Assembly (NCBI RefSeq): GCF_011745625.1
Contig: NW_027191462.1
Span: forward strand, 186,001 to 250,000
Direction: 5' to 3'
Length of the DNA stretch: 64,000 nt
Source of the DNA: Cladosporium halotolerans
Taxonomy: Eukaryota
Positions within the stretch are counted from its first letter, which is position 1, and every line of letters begins with the position of its first letter. Below the pieces are notes generated by a model. It was not told the origin of the DNA and searched no databases. It saw only the letters and a program-made list of their open reading frames with translations. A program made the position numbers and the translations under genes. Shown here piece by piece: positions 60,680-64,000 of this stretch.

Positions 60680-61706
60680 ATGTCCCTCTCCACGCGCGGA
60701 GCAACCCACCTCTCCTCGCGCTCCGCGCGCACCCTCCCTCTCACCCGCCGCTACCGCTCGACCAATGCCTCCGCGCAACTGGACCCGCGCTGGCTCTCAG
60801 ACCTCAAGCAGCGAATCGGCAAATGTATCGCCTTCGGCCTGACACCCGCGCAGACCGGCGCAGCAGGCGCGATCCTGTCCGAAGTGGCACGCGACTGGCG
60901 CGAGCTGGTCGCCGGCAGTGAAGGATACCTCACATCGCCGAGCAGGAGGGGCCTGCACCGCTGGCCTGTGGCTTGGGGCGAGCAGGACTCAATGGTAAGC
61001 AGGCACGAGCGGCGTTGATGCCCGGGAAAAGAGCGGAGCAATTGAAAGAGAAGAGAATGCTAAGGCTGTGCTGCTTTTTGGCGGTTTGAAAGGGCCATGT
61101 CAACAACGTCACGTACAACCGCTACGCCGAGTCCGGCCGCATCGCGTGGGTGCAGAAGTATGCGCGGTTCATCGATCCGGAGCACAGGAGGGTTTGGGAG
61201 CAGTTGGGCACGCCGAAGGGTGAGATCGGGATGATTTTGAGGAAGATTACGACGGAGTTCAAGTTTGTGAGTGCTGCCATGCCTTCTGGGGATACTGAAC
61301 GTTCGAATGTGAGTTTAGGCGGCGCTGACAATGGGCCAATGTGTCTTGCCAGCCCATGATGTTCCCAGATCACATCTCTGTATACCACAAGCTGCACGCA
61401 GAGCCCAATGAATCGACGGATGCGCTCATGCTCGATGTGATCATCTTGTCAGAGCTGCACCAGCGGCCTTCGGCTAGAATATTTGAGGACTGCGCCTTGT
61501 ACGACTATAAAAGGCATAAGAAGGCAGCCATGCCGCCGTGGATGGCGGAAGTTTTCAAGGAAACATGGAGGCTGCAAGAGGAAGCAAAGAGAGTTAACAG
61601 CGAGCGCGTATGGGGCTTGTTGGAAAGAGTGAGGGAGTTGGAGAGTCAATCATGGGATCGCGAGGATGCCGTCGAAGACCTGGGAAGTGCAGCGGTAGCG
61701 TCGTGA
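60680..61706 (+). CDS. Hot-dog-fold thioesterase (4HBT-like), probably mitochondrial; exons 60680-60994, 61093-61266, 61353-61706
   Basis: WGEQDSMGHVNNVTYNRYAESGR motif after splicing; FKFPMMFPD; Arg/Ser/Thr-rich N-terminus. First intron ends in the less common AAG. Confidence 0.85.
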
Positions 61707-63064
61707 TGGGCATGCCATTTTCGCAGCGAGCGCTTACTCACTATCCTTCGGGATGTGCTACAACGCTAGCCGATGCATCTGCGTGTGTTGTGTCGCACGA
61801 CCTGCGTTTGACGGACGATCACACGCCCCCTTCCATGCGGGCATATCTCTATAGATTACGTCTGCCCGAATACAGACAGCTGCTGTATTAGCCGCGGAAG
61901 ATGTGGTGTGCTTTGCCGATCTGGACGACGTTTTTGACTGCTTGTTGGACTAGAGACAAGAACCTGAAAAGGCGACAGGGTTGGCGGGTCGTGACGGGTT
62001 TACGATCAGAACGTGACGTGGCGTTTCCCCGCCAGATGCGTGAGTGTCAGTGGCCAGTGGGTCTTCCGACGCCCAAAAGCTTGACAAGGTAGTGCCGGAC
62101 GGCGATTGCAAGGATTTCGACGAGGATTGCCCATGGCGAATGAGCATAGTCGGTGTGAGTCCACATCCTGCTTTGGCATGGCATGCAAGACGCAGCATGA
62201 CCAGGCCTGCCTGCTGGGATTGAGCTTCCTGTGCGCGACAGGCTGATAGTACCTAGTCACAGGACTAGCGCGCCGGGCATGGAGGATGGCGCTGGAAGCA
62301 GGGGGAGCGTGCTCGGGAGTTTAGTTTCAGCCCCTCGGGGAACCAGATCGAAGGATTCGTGAAATGCTGTCGCTCCACTCGGGCTGACCAGAGGCGTAGG
62401 GCAGAGTAGGCCGCCAGCAATTTCTCGACCAGAATGCCGGCGTCGCGGGTTCCCTTACCGTCTTGCCAGCTTCCCCGCCATGTGTAGGTCGGCGCCAGCG
62501 CTCTCGCCCTCATCTATATGTACGTCTTGTAGTCATAGTAATTTGGAGCCAGCGTCGGCCCGCCGATCACCCTCGTCTGCCCTCCGCGCCGATCGACGCA
62601 GCCGAGCAGCCACAGCGCCCAGCGGCGACGAGATAGGTTGCGCGGGAATGGGCGGCGGCGATAGAAGTGTGCGGTAGCGTGGTGCCAGGAAGGGCATGCG
62701 TCGGCGGCAGGCATAACAGCTGCATTTTCTCTGCCGCACGAGTCATCGCGGCTACGATTACCAGTTGCTAGCGTTTGCCATCCGAATTCTGTTTTGCTGG
62801 CGTTTCTGCGGCGCGCCGTCTCGGATTGTGTCAGCGCGGGTGGGCTGGAAAAGCTTGAGCAAGCGTGAGGCAGCCCGAGCGGAGGTTGCTGTGCGCCCAC
62901 TCACTTCCAGCACGACATCACCGCCACTACACCACCCTCCGCCGCCCATTCCCACCCCCCATCACCCCACGCCGCCGCACACCTCTCTGCCCGCCCCGTC
63001 TGGCTCGCCTTCTGCGCCTGGACGAGCCGGAAGGGACCGACCGCGCCGGGCTACCCGCTCGCAT

Positions 63065-64000
63065 ATGCCTCCCAAAGGCAAGCCCAAAAACGCCCCGAAC
63101 CAGCACGACAAGCGCCACGAGAGCGGCCTCGCAGCTCCTGGCAGGCGCGTCACCAAGCAGCGATCGAACACCCATCTCAACGGACACTCCAATGGCAAGC
63201 CTGCGCACGCCGCCTCGCCCCTGCCCTCTCCAACCGCTGCAGTAGCCTCTGGTGCCGCCGCTCCCATCTCTCCGAACGACCCTGCCGCCGACCCTCTCGC
63301 CTCGTACTCCTTTGTCAAGAACCATGCTGTGCAAGGAAACGCCGCGCATCATCGAGATAGGACCGCTTCGGACGCTTCGTACGAAGAGATGGTAAGCCCG
63401 TGCGGCGACATGGCGGACAACGGGCACGACTATGCGTCCCATGCATCGCATGCGGACGCCCAGCCGCCGGCCAACAAGCCATCCTCTCCGCCCGCCGGCA
63501 GCACGCTCGCCATCGTGTCGACCATCCTGACCTACTATCCGCTCCGCGACGCCATTTCTATCCTCATTCTTCTGCTCTCGCTGCCGCCTACGCTGGTTCT
63601 GGTTATCCAGACTCTCTTCGCCTCTCTGACATTCGTCCCGCCCACCGCCGGCATCTCTCTTTCGACTCTCCCCAACTTCAAGGACATGTTCAATGCATCC
63701 AGCCTCGGATACCCGGCTTTGGCGACAATACTGCTCGTAGATCTCATTTTCTACCTGTGTTGGCTGCCTGTTTGGAAACCGATGCAAAGCATGTTCCTGG
63801 ATCTCTCGCAGACTGTCATTGCTGTTTCTCTCAGTGGAGCCGCATCAAGTAGTGGTGGACCCACATACAGCATACTGACCTGCAGCACGGTCGTTTGCGT
63901 GGTCCACGTGCTCCGCTACAAGGCGATACATCTCACCGCCCTCGACTATCTACGTTCTGTTCTGCACAGAATGGACATTACATTCGATGCCAATGTGCCT
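63065..64000 (+). CDS. 5' part of an AcrB-like ubiquitination-network membrane protein (runs off the window)
   Basis: Open frame from ATG 63065 with no stop seen (absent from the ORF track because it is truncated): RHESG...RVTKQRSNTHLNG, then YPLRDAISILILLLSLPPTLVLVIQTLFASLTFVPP, resembling Aspergillus AcrB from memory. Confidence 0.7.
   Translation, partial: MPPKGKPKNAPNQHDKRHESGLAAPGRRVTKQRSNTHLNGHSNGKPAHAASPLPSPTAAVASGAAAPISPNDPAADPLASYSFVKNHAVQGNAAHHRDRTASDASYEEMVSPCGDMADNGHDYASHASHADAQPPANKPSSPPAGSTLAIVSTILTYYPLRDAISILILLLSLPPTLVLVIQTLFASLTFVPPTAGISLSTLPNFKDMFNASSLGYPALATILLVDLIFYLCWLPVWKPMQSMFLDLSQTVIAVSLSGAASSSGGPTYSILTCSTVVCVVHVLRYKAIHLTALDYLRSVLHRMDITFDANVP

Overview
Gene-dense eukaryotic chromosome segment from a filamentous ascomycete (short GT-AG introns with CTRAC branch points; gene set and intron style suggest a Dothideomycete, which is inference). 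It holds one intron-containing tRNA-Pro(AGG) and 25 protein-coding genes, mostly housekeeping: RPA34, GRC3, a D-serine dehydratase-like PLP enzyme, TAN1, an APH-like kinase fold, SQS1, ATG4, divergent histones H2B/H2A, complex I subunits (B22/NDUFB9 and NDUFA11-like), KGD2, the divergent biotin pair bioF/bioDA (no bioB in the window), an FSH1-type serine hydrolase, APC2, CHO1, a CmcJ/AsaB-like oxidase, an ABM-barrel protein, a Ubp2-like deubiquitinase, an MFS sugar transporter, a SAM methyltransferase-like protein, a thioesterase and the 5' part of an AcrB-like gene. No transposon, CRISPR or prophage-like element was seen, and I cannot claim a proven new system. The best leads are: (1) shared architecture of the H2A/H2B pair (twin 55-nt introns, ACGCGT boxes in both first introns, co-linear 3'UTR motifs); (2) a candidate intron whose donor overlaps the Ubp2 stop codon and would add a 95-aa tail; (3) a 31-bp telomere-like G4 element present twice in convergent intergenic regions; (4) a decayed duplicate of the last TAN1 exon; (5) a serine hydrolase abutting bioF-bioDA; (6) recurrent C-to-G skew flips around GC-rich centres. 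Exon boundaries were read manually from splice signals; product calls come from motif recognition, not database searches.
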